A stretch of 64,000 bases of DNA, taken from the NCBI GenBank assembly GCA_043720065.1, contig JAYSTF010000113.1, positions 675 through 64,674 of the forward strand, given 5' to 3'. Below are positions 37,877 through 47,927 of the stretch, one piece after another. Below the pieces are notes generated by a model that saw nothing but the letters and a program-made list of their open reading frames with translations, did no database searches and was not told the origin of the DNA. The first letter of the stretch is position 1; every line of letters starts with the position of its first letter. Made by a program: the position numbers and the translations under genes. Source of the stretch: Pseudobdellovibrionaceae bacterium (GTDB taxonomy: Bacteria > Bdellovibrionota > Bdellovibrionia > Bdellovibrionales > UBA1609).

Positions 37877-38811
37877 CACCTTAATTGAACCTTTGGGTCG
37901 ACAACGGCGTACAGCACGTCAGAGAACAACTGAAAAATCATATAGAGAACCGCGCTCAAAAAAGTCATTGCTTTGATCACCGGGAAATCCGAGTTCTGAA
38001 TCGCTTGAACGACAATTCCGCCGATTCCTGGAATGCCAAAAAACGATTCAAGAAGAAGCGAGCCAAGAATAAGGAAAGGCATCTGTAGCACGACTCGCGT
38101 GATTATCGGAATCATCGCATTTCGTAGCACGTGTTTGAAAAGAATCGCCTTGTCGCTAAGCCCCTTGGCTCTGGCAGTGCGGACATAGTCATGATAAATT
38201 TCGTCTAAGAAAACCGAGCGGTAGAAAAGAATGTTCCCGCCAAGACTAAGCAGAACGAAAATTAGAATCGGCAAACCAAGAAATTCCCAACGGCCCACAA
38301 AGCTTGAGTCCCACCCGGATATGGGAAACCAGCCGAATTGAAATGCTAAAACATACTGCCCCCAAAGAATATAGACGAGGCTTGAAAGGCTAAGGAGAGC
38401 AAGGCTGGAGATCTTTGTCATCTTATCGAAAACCGTCCCACGATAGCGGGCAAGCATTAATGCGACGGAAATTGTAATCACTTGAGCTAGCAAAAACGCC
38501 GGCAAAGTCAAAGAGAGCGAAGGGCCAACGCCTTCCCGAAACATCGTGAGGATTTGTTGCTTAGTCGACCAGCTGCGGCCGAAGTCGAGAGTGAAAATCT
38601 GTTTCAGGAAAAACAGATATTGTTGAATAAGAGAACCATTAAGTCCAAGCTCGCGGCGAATCACTTCGATTTGTTCCGCGGACGCATGGCGGCCTGCCGC
38701 TTGGGCTGCCGGATCGCCGCCCACGACGTTGAAGAGAAGAAACGTCAAGAGCGTCACGCCAAACATGATCGGAATCATATAAAGCAGACGTCGGGTGACG
38801 TATTTGAACAT
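37876..38811 (-). CDS. Opp/Dpp-type ABC permease (OppB/DppB-like)
   Basis: ORF track (311 aa). MFKYVTRRLLYMIPIMFGVTLLTF is a typical N-terminus. YVRTARAKGL motif. Confidence 0.9.
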   Translation of the reverse strand: MFKYVTRRLLYMIPIMFGVTLLTFLLFNVVGGDPAAQAAGRHASAEQIEVIRRELGLNGSLIQQYLFFLKQIFTLDFGRSWSTKQQILTMFREGVGPSLSLTLPAFLLAQVITISVALMLARYRGTVFDKMTKISSLALLSLSSLVYILWGQYVLAFQFGWFPISGWDSSFVGRWEFLGLPILIFVLLSLGGNILFYRSVFLDEIYHDYVRTARAKGLSDKAILFKHVLRNAMIPIITRVVLQMPFLILGSLLLESFFGIPGIGGIVVQAIQNSDFPVIKAMTFLSAVLYMIFQLFSDVLYAVVDPKVQLR

Positions 38812-40571
38812 TAGAGCTTGGCCTTCATCTCGCCCCGAGCCTTCGTGTCCACCTTCAAATACTTGAAATAATCATTCACGATGGAGTGAGACTTGAAGTT
38901 CTTCACCCAGCCATGATGCACCTGGTACCCCAACCGGTGAGCGGCTGGAACCCAAGGCATGTCGCGCACTACGATGTCGCGCATTGCCTGGTAAACTTTC
39001 GCGCGCTCAGGTCCTGGCGGCATGCGGCTCGCCTTTTCATAAAGATCATCGAACTCTTTGCTCTTATAGTTCGCGTTATTAGGTCCGGGGCTTACGTTTT
39101 GTCCGTACAAAAGCTGCAAGAAATTTTCAGCGTCGGGATAATCAGCAAGCCAAGCAATACCCCAAACTTGCGCCTTCTTCTCGCGAAGTTTCGTGGTGAA
39201 TTGCGGCCATGATGTCGTAACGATGTTTACCTGAATTCCAATCGTTTCCATGTTTTGCTTAAAGTACTCGGCCATCTGACGAGCCGTTGAGCTGTTCGTC
39301 GTTGAGTACTCAATAGGCTTTAGGCCTTTTCCCTCTGGGAAACCGGCCATGGCGAGAAATTCTTTCGCCTTAGAAATACTGAATTCCTTGTACGGATTTT
39401 TGAAAGCGGGATCGAAGCCTTCAACGTCTGGTGGGATCGGGCTGTGCGCAACAATGGCTCGACCATTATAAAACTTCTGGATCAAGGTCGGAGTGTCATA
39501 AGCGAGCGAGATCGCCTTACGCAAATTCTCGTTTTTGCCAACCACTGGATCTAGCATGTTGAACGATGTGTACGTCACATCTGGCTCGCGTGTGATAACG
39601 AGCTGAACGCCTTTATCCGCAAGCTCTTTAGAGAGCTTGTCATTTTGCACGGCTCTATCGAAGTTGTCCTTTGGAATCGAAACGAAATCTAGATTTCCTT
39701 TTAAGAAATTCAGCCACCGCGGTTGATCTTCTACAATCTCCTGAACAACGATTTTATCAATAAACGGAATTTTCTTTCCAGCCTCAGCTAAGTAGCCTTT
39801 CGCTGTGTCTTCCGCTTCGCCTTCAGTGGGGTAGGTATGAAGATTCCAGTTTGGATTTTTCACTAAGACGACTTGGCTGTTACGAGTCCAGCTTTCAAAC
39901 TTGTAAGCACCGGTGCCGACAGGGTGGTTCAAGAACTCTTTGCCATATTTTGCAACGGCTTCCTTGGGCACAACAACGGTGTAACCAATCGCCAATACAT
40001 AGTGCAGTTGGTAATAGGGCTTGGTTAATTTAATGACGATCGTGTTGTTGTCAGGTGCCTGAAAGCCTTCGATGGGAGTGTCGTAAGTTGCCTCACCTTT
40101 ACTCATTTTATCGCGCCATTCGTTGAGGCCCGCGATTTTGCCGTCAAACACCCAAAAGCCGTCACTTTGGTTTGCTGGATCAGCCAATCGTCTCCATGAA
40201 TAAATAAAATCTTGCGCCGTTACTTCGCGGCCGTTGCCATCCGTAAATGCCTCGCTATCTTGAAATTTAACTCCAGAGCGAAGTTTGAAAGTGTGAGTTA
40301 AACCATCTTCTGAAACCTTCGGCATTTCAGCGGCAAGCAAAGGTTGTAACTGAAGTGGGCGTTTCAAATAATTGTAATGAAGAAGTCCTTCAAACACTTG
40401 TGAGACAACGAGGTTTGAATAAACATCCGACGAAGTTACCGGGTCAAGCCCCTTGATGTTGGCGCTAACGACGACGTTTAAAGTGTTTTCGGCGTCACGG
40501 CCTTTGCGAGTGCAATTAGTGGCCGAAACCAGAACCAAAAGACCTACAAAAAGGTGGCGAAGCATGAACAT
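38811..40571 (-). CDS. Family-5 peptide/nickel ABC substrate-binding lipoprotein (OppA/DppA-like)
   Basis: ORF track (586 aa). Lipobox-like VSATNC. SBP_bac_5-like sequence. The stop overlaps the permease start (TAATG). Confidence 0.85.
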   Translation of the reverse strand: MFMLRHLFVGLLVLVSATNCTRKGRDAENTLNVVVSANIKGLDPVTSSDVYSNLVVSQVFEGLLHYNYLKRPLQLQPLLAAEMPKVSEDGLTHTFKLRSGVKFQDSEAFTDGNGREVTAQDFIYSWRRLADPANQSDGFWVFDGKIAGLNEWRDKMSKGEATYDTPIEGFQAPDNNTIVIKLTKPYYQLHYVLAIGYTVVVPKEAVAKYGKEFLNHPVGTGAYKFESWTRNSQVVLVKNPNWNLHTYPTEGEAEDTAKGYLAEAGKKIPFIDKIVVQEIVEDQPRWLNFLKGNLDFVSIPKDNFDRAVQNDKLSKELADKGVQLVITREPDVTYTSFNMLDPVVGKNENLRKAISLAYDTPTLIQKFYNGRAIVAHSPIPPDVEGFDPAFKNPYKEFSISKAKEFLAMAGFPEGKGLKPIEYSTTNSSTARQMAEYFKQNMETIGIQVNIVTTSWPQFTTKLREKKAQVWGIAWLADYPDAENFLQLLYGQNVSPGPNNANYKSKEFDDLYEKASRMPPGPERAKVYQAMRDIVVRDMPWVPAAHRLGYQVHHGWVKNFKSHSIVNDYFKYLKVDTKARGEMKAKL

Positions 40572-40628
40572 TCCTCCTGCTGAATAATGCGGCTTGTTGT
40601 ATGACGGCGGGCTAGTTTAAGTCAAATA

Positions 40629-41294
40629 TTACAAATACGACTCGAGCTGCAAAATTTTGCGCGGGAGCTCTTCGAAATGGTCGATCCAATGTTGGGCGCC
40701 CAGACTCTGTAATTCGGCCAATGGAGAGTAGCCAAATGAAACCGCCAACAATGGAGTTTTACACGCGATCGCGACGCCAACGTCGGGAGGACCATCACCG
40801 ACCATCAGGGTCTCGCCGGGGCCGCACCGCGCGTCTCGCATCGCTGTTTCGAGCGTAAGAGGGTGCGGTTTACGCTGGCTTAACGTGTCGCCTCCAATAA
40901 TAGAAGTCCACGGGATCCTATCCATCTTGAGATGCTTTAGTAGCTGGTGGATATATCTTTCAGGCTTATTTGAGACGATCGCGACCTTGCCCTTCCAGGT
41001 GGTAAGGAACTCGACGACTCCATCAAACGGTCGCGCATCGCGTAGCACATGCTCATCATAAACTTTTGAGAACTGTGTTTCGATGGCTTTTGCGATTTCC
41101 GGATGATGCGCGGCTTCGGGAATCACCCCCCGAATCAAATCGGTCAGCCCCATCCCGATATGCGAGATCACCTCGTCATCTGAAAGCGGCTCACGACCAT
41201 GAAGTTGTAGAAATTCATTAGTCGCCCGAATGATGTCGGGCGCGGTGTGCACGAGAGTGCCGTCAAAATCAAAGGCTACGAGTTCGATTGACAT
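40629..41294 (-). CDS. HAD-superfamily phosphatase (phosphoglycolate phosphatase-like)
   Basis: ORF track (221 aa). Motif I FDFDGTLV, VSNKP, MVGDGPPD. Confidence 0.8.
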   Translation of the reverse strand: MSIELVAFDFDGTLVHTAPDIIRATNEFLQLHGREPLSDDEVISHIGMGLTDLIRGVIPEAAHHPEIAKAIETQFSKVYDEHVLRDARPFDGVVEFLTTWKGKVAIVSNKPERYIHQLLKHLKMDRIPWTSIIGGDTLSQRKPHPLTLETAMRDARCGPGETLMVGDGPPDVGVAIACKTPLLAVSFGYSPLAELQSLGAQHWIDHFEELPRKILQLESYL

Positions 41295-41341
41295 GAAGAC
41301 CTACTGGTATACCTAATCCCCCATCTCTTTAGGAGTTAATT

Positions 41342-41992
41342 ATGCGAAAAGCTGGCGATCGTGAACGCTACATGACAGAAGCGTTCCCCATTGAAGACGA
41401 AATTCTACGTTCGATTCGAAAAGCTCTGGTGAACGACACGATGGATGGAATCCAAGTGGGTGAGTCGGATGCTCGTTTGCTGCAGTTCTTGGCGCGTTTG
41501 ACGCGGGCCAAGTCGGTAGTAGAGGTGGGCACATTGTATGGCTATTCGACGTTATGCTGGGCGCGGGCTTTGCCAGTGGACGGTGTGGTCTACTCTGTGG
41601 ATGTAAGTGAAGTTCATCATGCCAAGGCGCGCGATCTTTTATCTGCGGCCCCCGAATTTAGTAAGATCAAGTTTGTCACTGGTGACGGCCGGGAGAAATT
41701 GCGCGAGCTTGAAAAGGCAGGTCCTTTCGACATTGTTTTCATCGATGCGAATAAGGCGGGTTATCTAGACTATTTGGATTGGGCTGAGAAACACGTGCGC
41801 GTCGGTGGCTTAATCATTGGCGACAACACTTTTCTTTTCGATTCTCTGTGGGGTTTATCGCGCGATCCAAATATCGGAGAGAAGCAAAAGGCCGTCATGC
41901 GCGAGTTTAATATCCGACTCGCGAATCCTCAACGTTACAATTCTTGTATTATTCCAACCGGTGAGGGACTCACCGTCGCGCAGCGCCTCTAG
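41342..41992 (+). CDS. Class I SAM-dependent O-methyltransferase (family 3, caffeoyl-CoA OMT-like)
   Basis: ORF track (216 aa). VVEVGTLYGYST, FDIVFIDANK. Confidence 0.8.
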   Translation: MRKAGDRERYMTEAFPIEDEILRSIRKALVNDTMDGIQVGESDARLLQFLARLTRAKSVVEVGTLYGYSTLCWARALPVDGVVYSVDVSEVHHAKARDLLSAAPEFSKIKFVTGDGREKLRELEKAGPFDIVFIDANKAGYLDYLDWAEKHVRVGGLIIGDNTFLFDSLWGLSRDPNIGEKQKAVMREFNIRLANPQRYNSCIIPTGEGLTVAQRL

Positions 41993-42738
41993 CGAGAAAC
42001 TTCGCTGTGGTGGTTTGAAGCCTTGAGCGGGGTGGAGTGACGCGCAAGAAACCGCTCAACGCGCGGTTTGTACTCCAAAGGGAAGCGCGAGAGGCCGTCG
42101 ATGTGATCGCCCTCGGGCAGAGTTAGCGTTTCCAATTTTAATTTGTGTTTGGTCGCGAAGGCTTGGTCGATGGCGGAAATCGGGACCAACTGATCTTGCC
42201 ACGAGCGAATGTTCAAAACCGGGAAGGCTTGGGGGAATTTTTCGAGGGCGGCATGAAGGTCACCTTTGATATTCCACATGCCCATCGCGCCAAAGCCCAA
42301 CGCTGCACGGGCCGACCTAAGCCAAAGAGCTTTTGTGGGTTCATGGTGGGTGTAGTAGTTCCACAGGCATTGCACTGGCATTAAGAATGGACCGCCGTCG
42401 CAAATCCAAGCTTTGATATCAGTGGCGCCCCGTACTGCGATAGCACCCGCCGTCGGCGCTGAAGGAAATGAAAAACTGAAGACGATCTTAGGGCGCGGGA
42501 TGGCGTCCAGAATTTGGCCGATTTCGTTCTCCCAGCGTGAGCGAAGTTTTAGGCGAGGCTTACTCAAGCTAAAACTAACACTGTCATAGCCAAGTTCGGC
42601 GACGAAATTTTGGTGCTTCTTCGTGGTCGCGCGGGAGCCGCCGTAGTGATGCACCAAAACGATGGTCTCGACGAACGAACGTTTAGGGGCACAGTGCCAG
42701 CGTCCGTCTAATGGTAACCCAGAATTCTTAGTGCTCAT
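41989..42738 (-). CDS. Hypothetical protein, possible alpha/beta-hydrolase fold
   Basis: ORF track frame. Start MSTKNSGLP (ATG 42738) overlaps the upstream stop by 11 nt. ETIVLVHHYGGS resembles an oxyanion-region strand. No clean GxSxG seen. Confidence 0.5.
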   Translation of the reverse strand: MSTKNSGLPLDGRWHCAPKRSFVETIVLVHHYGGSRATTKKHQNFVAELGYDSVSFSLSKPRLKLRSRWENEIGQILDAIPRPKIVFSFSFPSAPTAGAIAVRGATDIKAWICDGGPFLMPVQCLWNYYTHHEPTKALWLRSARAALGFGAMGMWNIKGDLHAALEKFPQAFPVLNIRSWQDQLVPISAIDQAFATKHKLKLETLTLPEGDHIDGLSRFPLEYKPRVERFLARHSTPLKASNHHSEVSR

Positions 42739-45538
42739 GGCGGTCTTGAGTGCTCCATAATTGGCGCCAGTCACCTTTTAGCGGTGAGGCTTTGGTAGAT
42801 TCATCTAACAAACGACGCGAAACTTCAACTTTCTCTAGAGCCGTCTCCGCCAAAACTTTGCCGCACGCTTCTTTTACCGACTCCGCATCAATGTGATGGT
42901 AGGCGTAGATTTCAACGGGGCGACCGGATTTTGAGTGCTTGCGAACTGCCAATGATTCTTGGCGAACACCAATGATGGACCCGATGTTGTCGAGCAATCC
43001 AGGCTCACCATCATGAACACTAACGACCGGTACACGTCGGCCGGAAAGAGTCATGAGTTCACCAACGTGAGAGTTGCCATTGAGGTAAGGCTCCAAGTAG
43101 AGCGTCGCATCTACTCCCAGGTTTTGTTTCAGGTGTTGATAGCCGTTTTCATGCGCCAGGTTACCTACCAATAAGTCAGTGCAAGTTACGATGATAACAT
43201 TCGCATAAATACCTTTTTCGAGAAGCGCTTTTGAAGCTCGTATCGCCTCAGTGCCAAGGGCTCCCAAAGCAAAGATATTTACCACGTTATCACCGGGCTC
43301 ATAACCCATGTACCCGCAGTAATCGATTAAATAGTAAGCGCCCGCCAAGACGTCTTGGCGGAGTTGTTCCATGATTTCCTGTTCACTCCTGGTTTCGATA
43401 GTGTCTTCTTCTATCGCGCCATCAAAACTAAATCCTTTTGCCGCAAGCAATTGGCTTTCCTCAACCCCGACTTTGAAGCGGCGCTGGGTTTTTAAGAGTG
43501 TCAGTAGCTCGCGTTGTTCAATCCCTTTAGTTACTCCACGAATAAGAGTCCCAAACCGTCCAGCATTGTCGTTCGTCATATGGCGTTTCAAAGTGTCGAC
43601 CAAAATCCAATCGAGCTCTTGCGGATAGAAAGGCTCCCAAGTGATCTGGTTGGGAATTTGGATATCAGATTTCCAACCGTGCTGAGCGCCTTCAGGAGAA
43701 AGCGTTACACCAGATGGCGTTCCGATTAATAAAAAGCTGGATTTCCAATAGAGATTATAAAAGTACTGATCAAGTGCCCGTTTGATAAAGAAATCATAAA
43801 CCGTCATAAGCGGCAGAATTGGAATGCCGAGAATATCGCGCAGTTTTCCGAACGAACCCATGCATGACATCACATTCGCTTCAGCAATTTCAAATCTTAG
43901 GAAGCGATCTGATTCTTCTTCCCCAGGAATAAGATCGGGGACGTTTTTGTCCTTAACCCCGAATTCTGTCTCTAAATCTTCAACAATTTGCGCGCTAAAG
44001 ATTTTCCCGTCCATAGAAGGATTTAAATTCGTACTTGTGCCAACGTCTGGAGCCATTGAAATAATGTGCTCAGCCGCCGTCTTAAAAGCCATCTCCGTTT
44101 CAGTGAGAGCCCGTTGTTTGTTTTTTAGCTTTTTTTCATCCACCGGAGTGTTTGCGAGGCGTGTAAGTTTAGACGTGAGCTGGCCAAGCATCCACTGAGT
44201 GTGCGGATAGCTTGCCATTTTTAAATTGATCTCTAACGTATCGGGCATAGTGCCTAGCTTTTCCATGCGTTCTTGAACGCGCGCCCAGTTTTGCCGTTTG
44301 AGTTCGTGTTGCGCTTGAATCTCAGCGTAAAGCGCATTGCCACGGTCTTTTAAGTATTTACCTTCGTCACTTGAGGCCTGAAAACCCACGAACGGATCAT
44401 TGACGTTTACGCCTTGAACATCACGAAGTGAGTTCATTTCATCCTCTTCAGGAAGGCTTGAGTGGTTGCCGGGATTGGCGGCCATTTGTAAGCCCCAACC
44501 TTTTAGAGTGTGCGCGATAATCATCGTCGGACGCGATTTGTCCTTCTTACTTTGTTCCATCGCTTCGATGAGTGAGGGGAAGTCGTGACCACCAAGGTCG
44601 CGCATGGCTTCCCAAAGTTCTTGATCCTCGACACCCTTAAGGAAGCCCTCAAGACTTTTATGCTTCGTCAAAAGTTCCTTGCGCAGCTCGCCGCCGTTTT
44701 TGAACTGAAGCAAAACTTGAATTTCATAATCGGCGATTTCATTCTCGATAAAATTCTTAAACTTTTCGCCGTTTGATTTCGCGAAAATCGCTTTGCGTTT
44801 TTGCCCGTGGCGAACTTGGATCACTTCCCAGCCATTCGCCTCCATGGTGCGCTGAATACGCTGGTCGTCCGTTCCTCGCATAGCGCCTTTGTTGGTAATG
44901 CGGTGACCATCTAAACTTTGGCGATTGTAATCCACGATCCAAGTCAGATTTCCTACTTCGCGCTCGGCAAAATCAGGAATCGCTTCATACAAAGAACCTT
45001 CGCGGAACTCGGAATCCCCAATCAATGACCAAAAGTGAGCAGCGGGAACTTCATAACCCTGTTTCTGCGCGAAATTGTAAGCCAAAGCTAAATAACCCGC
45101 ATTTACTGGTGGAATACCGACAGTGCCTGAAGGCAAAAAGTTATGATGATCAGGATCGTAAGCCGAATGATAAGACTGAAAGCCGTATTCGCCCTCCTGA
45201 GTGAAAGCGCGAAGATTACCCATGGCTTGCTTCGCTTCCGCTTCGGAAAGTCGCGAAAGATTGGGGCGCAGAAGAAGATTGAGCAAGAAATTATAGGAGT
45301 GATCGGCTGGCGAGGCGTGCGGTTTTACCGCCATGTGATCAAAGCCAGATTTCACCACCAGATGCAGAGCGCCGAGAATGTGTAGAGCGCTTGCACTAGC
45401 TGAGCTATGACCACCTACCTTCGGGTCGCCCTTTTGGACATTTGTGCGGTGATTGGCCATGTAAATCATCTGGTTGGTCAGATAATGGGCCCGAAGGGCA
45501 ATGCGATTTAAGGCCTTAAAATTCAGATTCTTAGCCAT
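42728..45538 (-). CDS. AceE-type (homodimeric pyruvate dehydrogenase E1-like) thiamine-diphosphate enzyme, divergent
   Basis: ORF track (start at 45538 or 45550). VGGHSSASASA aligns with E. coli AceE LGGHMASFQSSA. GDSEFREGSLYEAIPDFAEREVGNLTWIVDYNRQSLDG aligns length-for-length with AceE GDGEMDEPES...VINCNLQRLDG (ThDP motif). GGHDF...IIAHTLKGWG. Confidence 0.8.
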   Translation of the reverse strand: MAKNLNFKALNRIALRAHYLTNQMIYMANHRTNVQKGDPKVGGHSSASASALHILGALHLVVKSGFDHMAVKPHASPADHSYNFLLNLLLRPNLSRLSEAEAKQAMGNLRAFTQEGEYGFQSYHSAYDPDHHNFLPSGTVGIPPVNAGYLALAYNFAQKQGYEVPAAHFWSLIGDSEFREGSLYEAIPDFAEREVGNLTWIVDYNRQSLDGHRITNKGAMRGTDDQRIQRTMEANGWEVIQVRHGQKRKAIFAKSNGEKFKNFIENEIADYEIQVLLQFKNGGELRKELLTKHKSLEGFLKGVEDQELWEAMRDLGGHDFPSLIEAMEQSKKDKSRPTMIIAHTLKGWGLQMAANPGNHSSLPEEDEMNSLRDVQGVNVNDPFVGFQASSDEGKYLKDRGNALYAEIQAQHELKRQNWARVQERMEKLGTMPDTLEINLKMASYPHTQWMLGQLTSKLTRLANTPVDEKKLKNKQRALTETEMAFKTAAEHIISMAPDVGTSTNLNPSMDGKIFSAQIVEDLETEFGVKDKNVPDLIPGEEESDRFLRFEIAEANVMSCMGSFGKLRDILGIPILPLMTVYDFFIKRALDQYFYNLYWKSSFLLIGTPSGVTLSPEGAQHGWKSDIQIPNQITWEPFYPQELDWILVDTLKRHMTNDNAGRFGTLIRGVTKGIEQRELLTLLKTQRRFKVGVEESQLLAAKGFSFDGAIEEDTIETRSEQEIMEQLRQDVLAGAYYLIDYCGYMGYEPGDNVVNIFALGALGTEAIRASKALLEKGIYANVIIVTCTDLLVGNLAHENGYQHLKQNLGVDATLYLEPYLNGNSHVGELMTLSGRRVPVVSVHDGEPGLLDNIGSIIGVRQESLAVRKHSKSGRPVEIYAYHHIDAESVKEACGKVLAETALEKVEVSRRLLDESTKASPLKGDWRQLWSTQDRHEH

Positions 45539-45578
45539 ATTTTTCCCCATGCTCCAAGATGCCGAATGTAAAGGTGAT

Positions 45579-46055
45579 CTAGGGCTGAGGCAAGAGGTCA
45601 GCCAGGCTGGTGATGTTCTTATTGCGAAGGACGGCGTCGCAACCTCTCAAGGTCAAAAGCATGGGGAAAGATTGGTGGATAACGTCGCTCTCTGCTCGAG
45701 CCCCTTGCTGCGCCGCCCTACCAATCTGGTCAAAAACAGCTTTTTCTTCACCAAAACTAAGCTCCGCAGGAAGCACGATAGCAGGATCGATACTTGTTGC
45801 GAGCGCGGCTTTGAGGTTTGACAGAAGATTCGGGGACTCATGGGTATCGAATACCAATTCGCAGTTTTCAAGTGAGGGGCAGATGCGAAGAGCCTCATCG
45901 GCGGCTACCCCAGCCAACACGACAATGCATTCTTGGCCGAACTTTCGCGCTTGGCGCACACGAGCTTCTAAAATGGGGAGGCCATTTTCGAATTGCAGCC
46001 AAGGACAGCTGTCAGCGTCAGTTTGTTTATATCCGGCTAAAAGGATTGTTCGCAT
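45579..46055 (-). CDS. Hypothetical protein (158 aa)
   Basis: ATG 46055 lies 6 nt after GGAGG (MRTILLAGYKQTD...). There is only a vague resemblance to MobA-like nucleotidyltransferases, and the GxG(T/S)R motif is absent. Confidence 0.55.
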   Translation of the reverse strand: MRTILLAGYKQTDADSCPWLQFENGLPILEARVRQARKFGQECIVVLAGVAADEALRICPSLENCELVFDTHESPNLLSNLKAALATSIDPAIVLPAELSFGEEKAVFDQIGRAAQQGARAESDVIHQSFPMLLTLRGCDAVLRNKNITSLADLLPQP

Positions 46056-46992
46056 GAGAGGCCTCCTTGGCCACTTTACGAGTTTTAAGTAAAGGTCGGA
46101 AGCTACTTGCTTCCAAGACGAAGTCCCAGCGTATTTTGATTTCGCCCTCTTCGTCGATAAGTCCTTTAGGAGGATTCGGGAATGGCGCTGCAGCACGGAA
46201 CGCTTGCACGGCCGCATCATCAAGGGCTTCAACGCCACTTGGGGTGATAACTTCAATCCCAACGAGCTCGCCATTTCTGTTCAGCGTGATTACGACTTGG
46301 GTGATGTGATCTTTCGCTGAAGCGATATTTCGGCCTTGGCGGAAAATCATTTTCACGCGGTCACGGATATTGGGTTCCCAATGTTGTTTGATTCGCTCTT
46401 TGATGCGCGCGTAGTAGGAGTAATAAATAAATTCTCTTGTGGAGAGCATTGTCTGAAGGCCTGTCTCGACATCTTTGAGGTAATCGTCGGTGGCGCTTGC
46501 GTCCGCGGTTTGGCCTTCATCGCCAGGCTGTGTGGGGGGGCGAGGGGACATTTGCATTTGCGGTTTTAAACTTGAAAGCGAGGGCAAACCCTTGGTGCGT
46601 TTCGACTCGGCCGGAGGTGTTTGTGCCACGGGCGGAGCAGGTGGTTGCTGGGGCGCGTTTTTGCCGGCGAGTGATGCGTTTTTGAAATCACCTGAATTAG
46701 CGGCGCGGGTTTCTTTTAAAACTTTTTGGTCCTTGGCGCTGAGGAATTTCGCTTTTTCATCGACTTCGTCGTTCACGGAGTCTTTTTGCTCGACGATCTG
46801 CTGTTTGTCTTTTGTCACGTCTTTGGGTGTAGGCTCGCTGTGGTCGACGATCTCGACCTCGACCTGCTGTTGACGGTCGTACGGAGCCGGTGGTCGCGGG
46901 GCCAACTCAAAGCTCACCCACGTCAAAGTGTGTAATAACAGTGAGCAAAGTACGAAAATGATTGTCGTGTTGCGGAACCGAGAAAACATCAC
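46027..46992 (-). CDS. TonB-family energy-transducer-like protein
   Basis: ORF track (321 aa). N-terminal TM anchor, Pro-rich spacer (PQQPPAPPVAQTPPA), and a TonB_C-like end (VVITLNRNGELVGIEVITPSGVEALDDAAVQAFRAAAPFPNPP). Confidence 0.75.
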   Translation of the reverse strand: MMFSRFRNTTIIFVLCSLLLHTLTWVSFELAPRPPAPYDRQQQVEVEIVDHSEPTPKDVTKDKQQIVEQKDSVNDEVDEKAKFLSAKDQKVLKETRAANSGDFKNASLAGKNAPQQPPAPPVAQTPPAESKRTKGLPSLSSLKPQMQMSPRPPTQPGDEGQTADASATDDYLKDVETGLQTMLSTREFIYYSYYARIKERIKQHWEPNIRDRVKMIFRQGRNIASAKDHITQVVITLNRNGELVGIEVITPSGVEALDDAAVQAFRAAAPFPNPPKGLIDEEGEIKIRWDFVLEASSFRPLLKTRKVAKEASHANNPFSRI

Positions 46993-47066
46993 AACCTCTT
47001 CATAGTTTCATCGGCGAAAAGGCGGTCTTGATTGAGGTCCTGATGCTAGGTATCCTGCATAAATAT

Positions 47067-47792
47067 ATGAAGTTTGAAGTCATTGCCTTAACCGATGTCG
47101 GCCTGAAGAGAGAGATCAATCAAGACTCCGTTTTAGTGGACCACGACCTTGGTCTGTTCGTTGTCGCTGACGGGATGGGTGGCCACCGTGGCGGTGAAGT
47201 AGCGTCGGCATTGGCCGTTGAGACGGTGCAAAGTTATATCCGCGAGCACAAAGAGGCGTCTCAACGTGAGCCGCGAAAATTATTTATCGAAGCTTACCGT
47301 GAAGCGAGCGCGCGCATCCATCATAAAAGCACATATGAATCGCCGGAGCTCATGGGCATGGGCACAACAATGGTTGGTGTGCTTTGCGTGGAAAATAAAA
47401 TTTATATCGCAAACGTTGGGGATTCCCGGGCGTACTTGTTCCGAAACCCGCTCTTGTGGCAGCTAACAGAGGATCACTCTTTAGTGAATGAACAAGTGCG
47501 GGCCGGTGTAATTCATGAAGAAGAGGCGGGCAGCATGGTTGGCCGCAATGTGATTACCCGAAGTGTTGGATTTGAACGGGAAGTTTCCGCCGACCTTATT
47601 GAACGAACTATCGAGAAAAATGAAATTTATTTACTTTGCTCCGATGGCCTCACCGGTATGGTCAGCAACGACCGAATCGTCGAAATCTGCCGTAAAGGAA
47701 GCCTTAAAGAAATTGGCCAAAAGCTCATCACCGAAGCCAAACGCGCCGGCGGTGACGACAACATCACTGTGATCCTTATTCGTTCCACGTAA
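47067..47792 (+). CDS. PP2C-family Ser/Thr protein phosphatase
   Basis: Start MKFEVIALTDVGLKREINQDS (ATG 47067). VADGMGGHRGGEVAS, LCSDGLT, GGDDNITVILI. Confidence 0.85.
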   Translation: MKFEVIALTDVGLKREINQDSVLVDHDLGLFVVADGMGGHRGGEVASALAVETVQSYIREHKEASQREPRKLFIEAYREASARIHHKSTYESPELMGMGTTMVGVLCVENKIYIANVGDSRAYLFRNPLLWQLTEDHSLVNEQVRAGVIHEEEAGSMVGRNVITRSVGFEREVSADLIERTIEKNEIYLLCSDGLTGMVSNDRIVEICRKGSLKEIGQKLITEAKRAGGDDNITVILIRST

Positions 47793-47927
47793 GTGGCGGA
47801 GCTGGGAGTACGGTCTTCCGGCGCTAAGCATTAAAGTTTTACGACGAAGGGCTGTATTTTCAATTTCAGCGCTGGCGAAGGGGAACTGTTACCATACGCC
47901 CCAGCTGGTCTTGACGCGACCTCCCAG

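Noticed and set aside
45610-46092. 160-aa plus-strand ORF
   Set aside because: It is antisense to the 45579..46055 gene, which has a strong GGAGG-ATG start and sits in an overlapping operon chain. The sequence is Ser/Ala/Arg-rich and junk-like.
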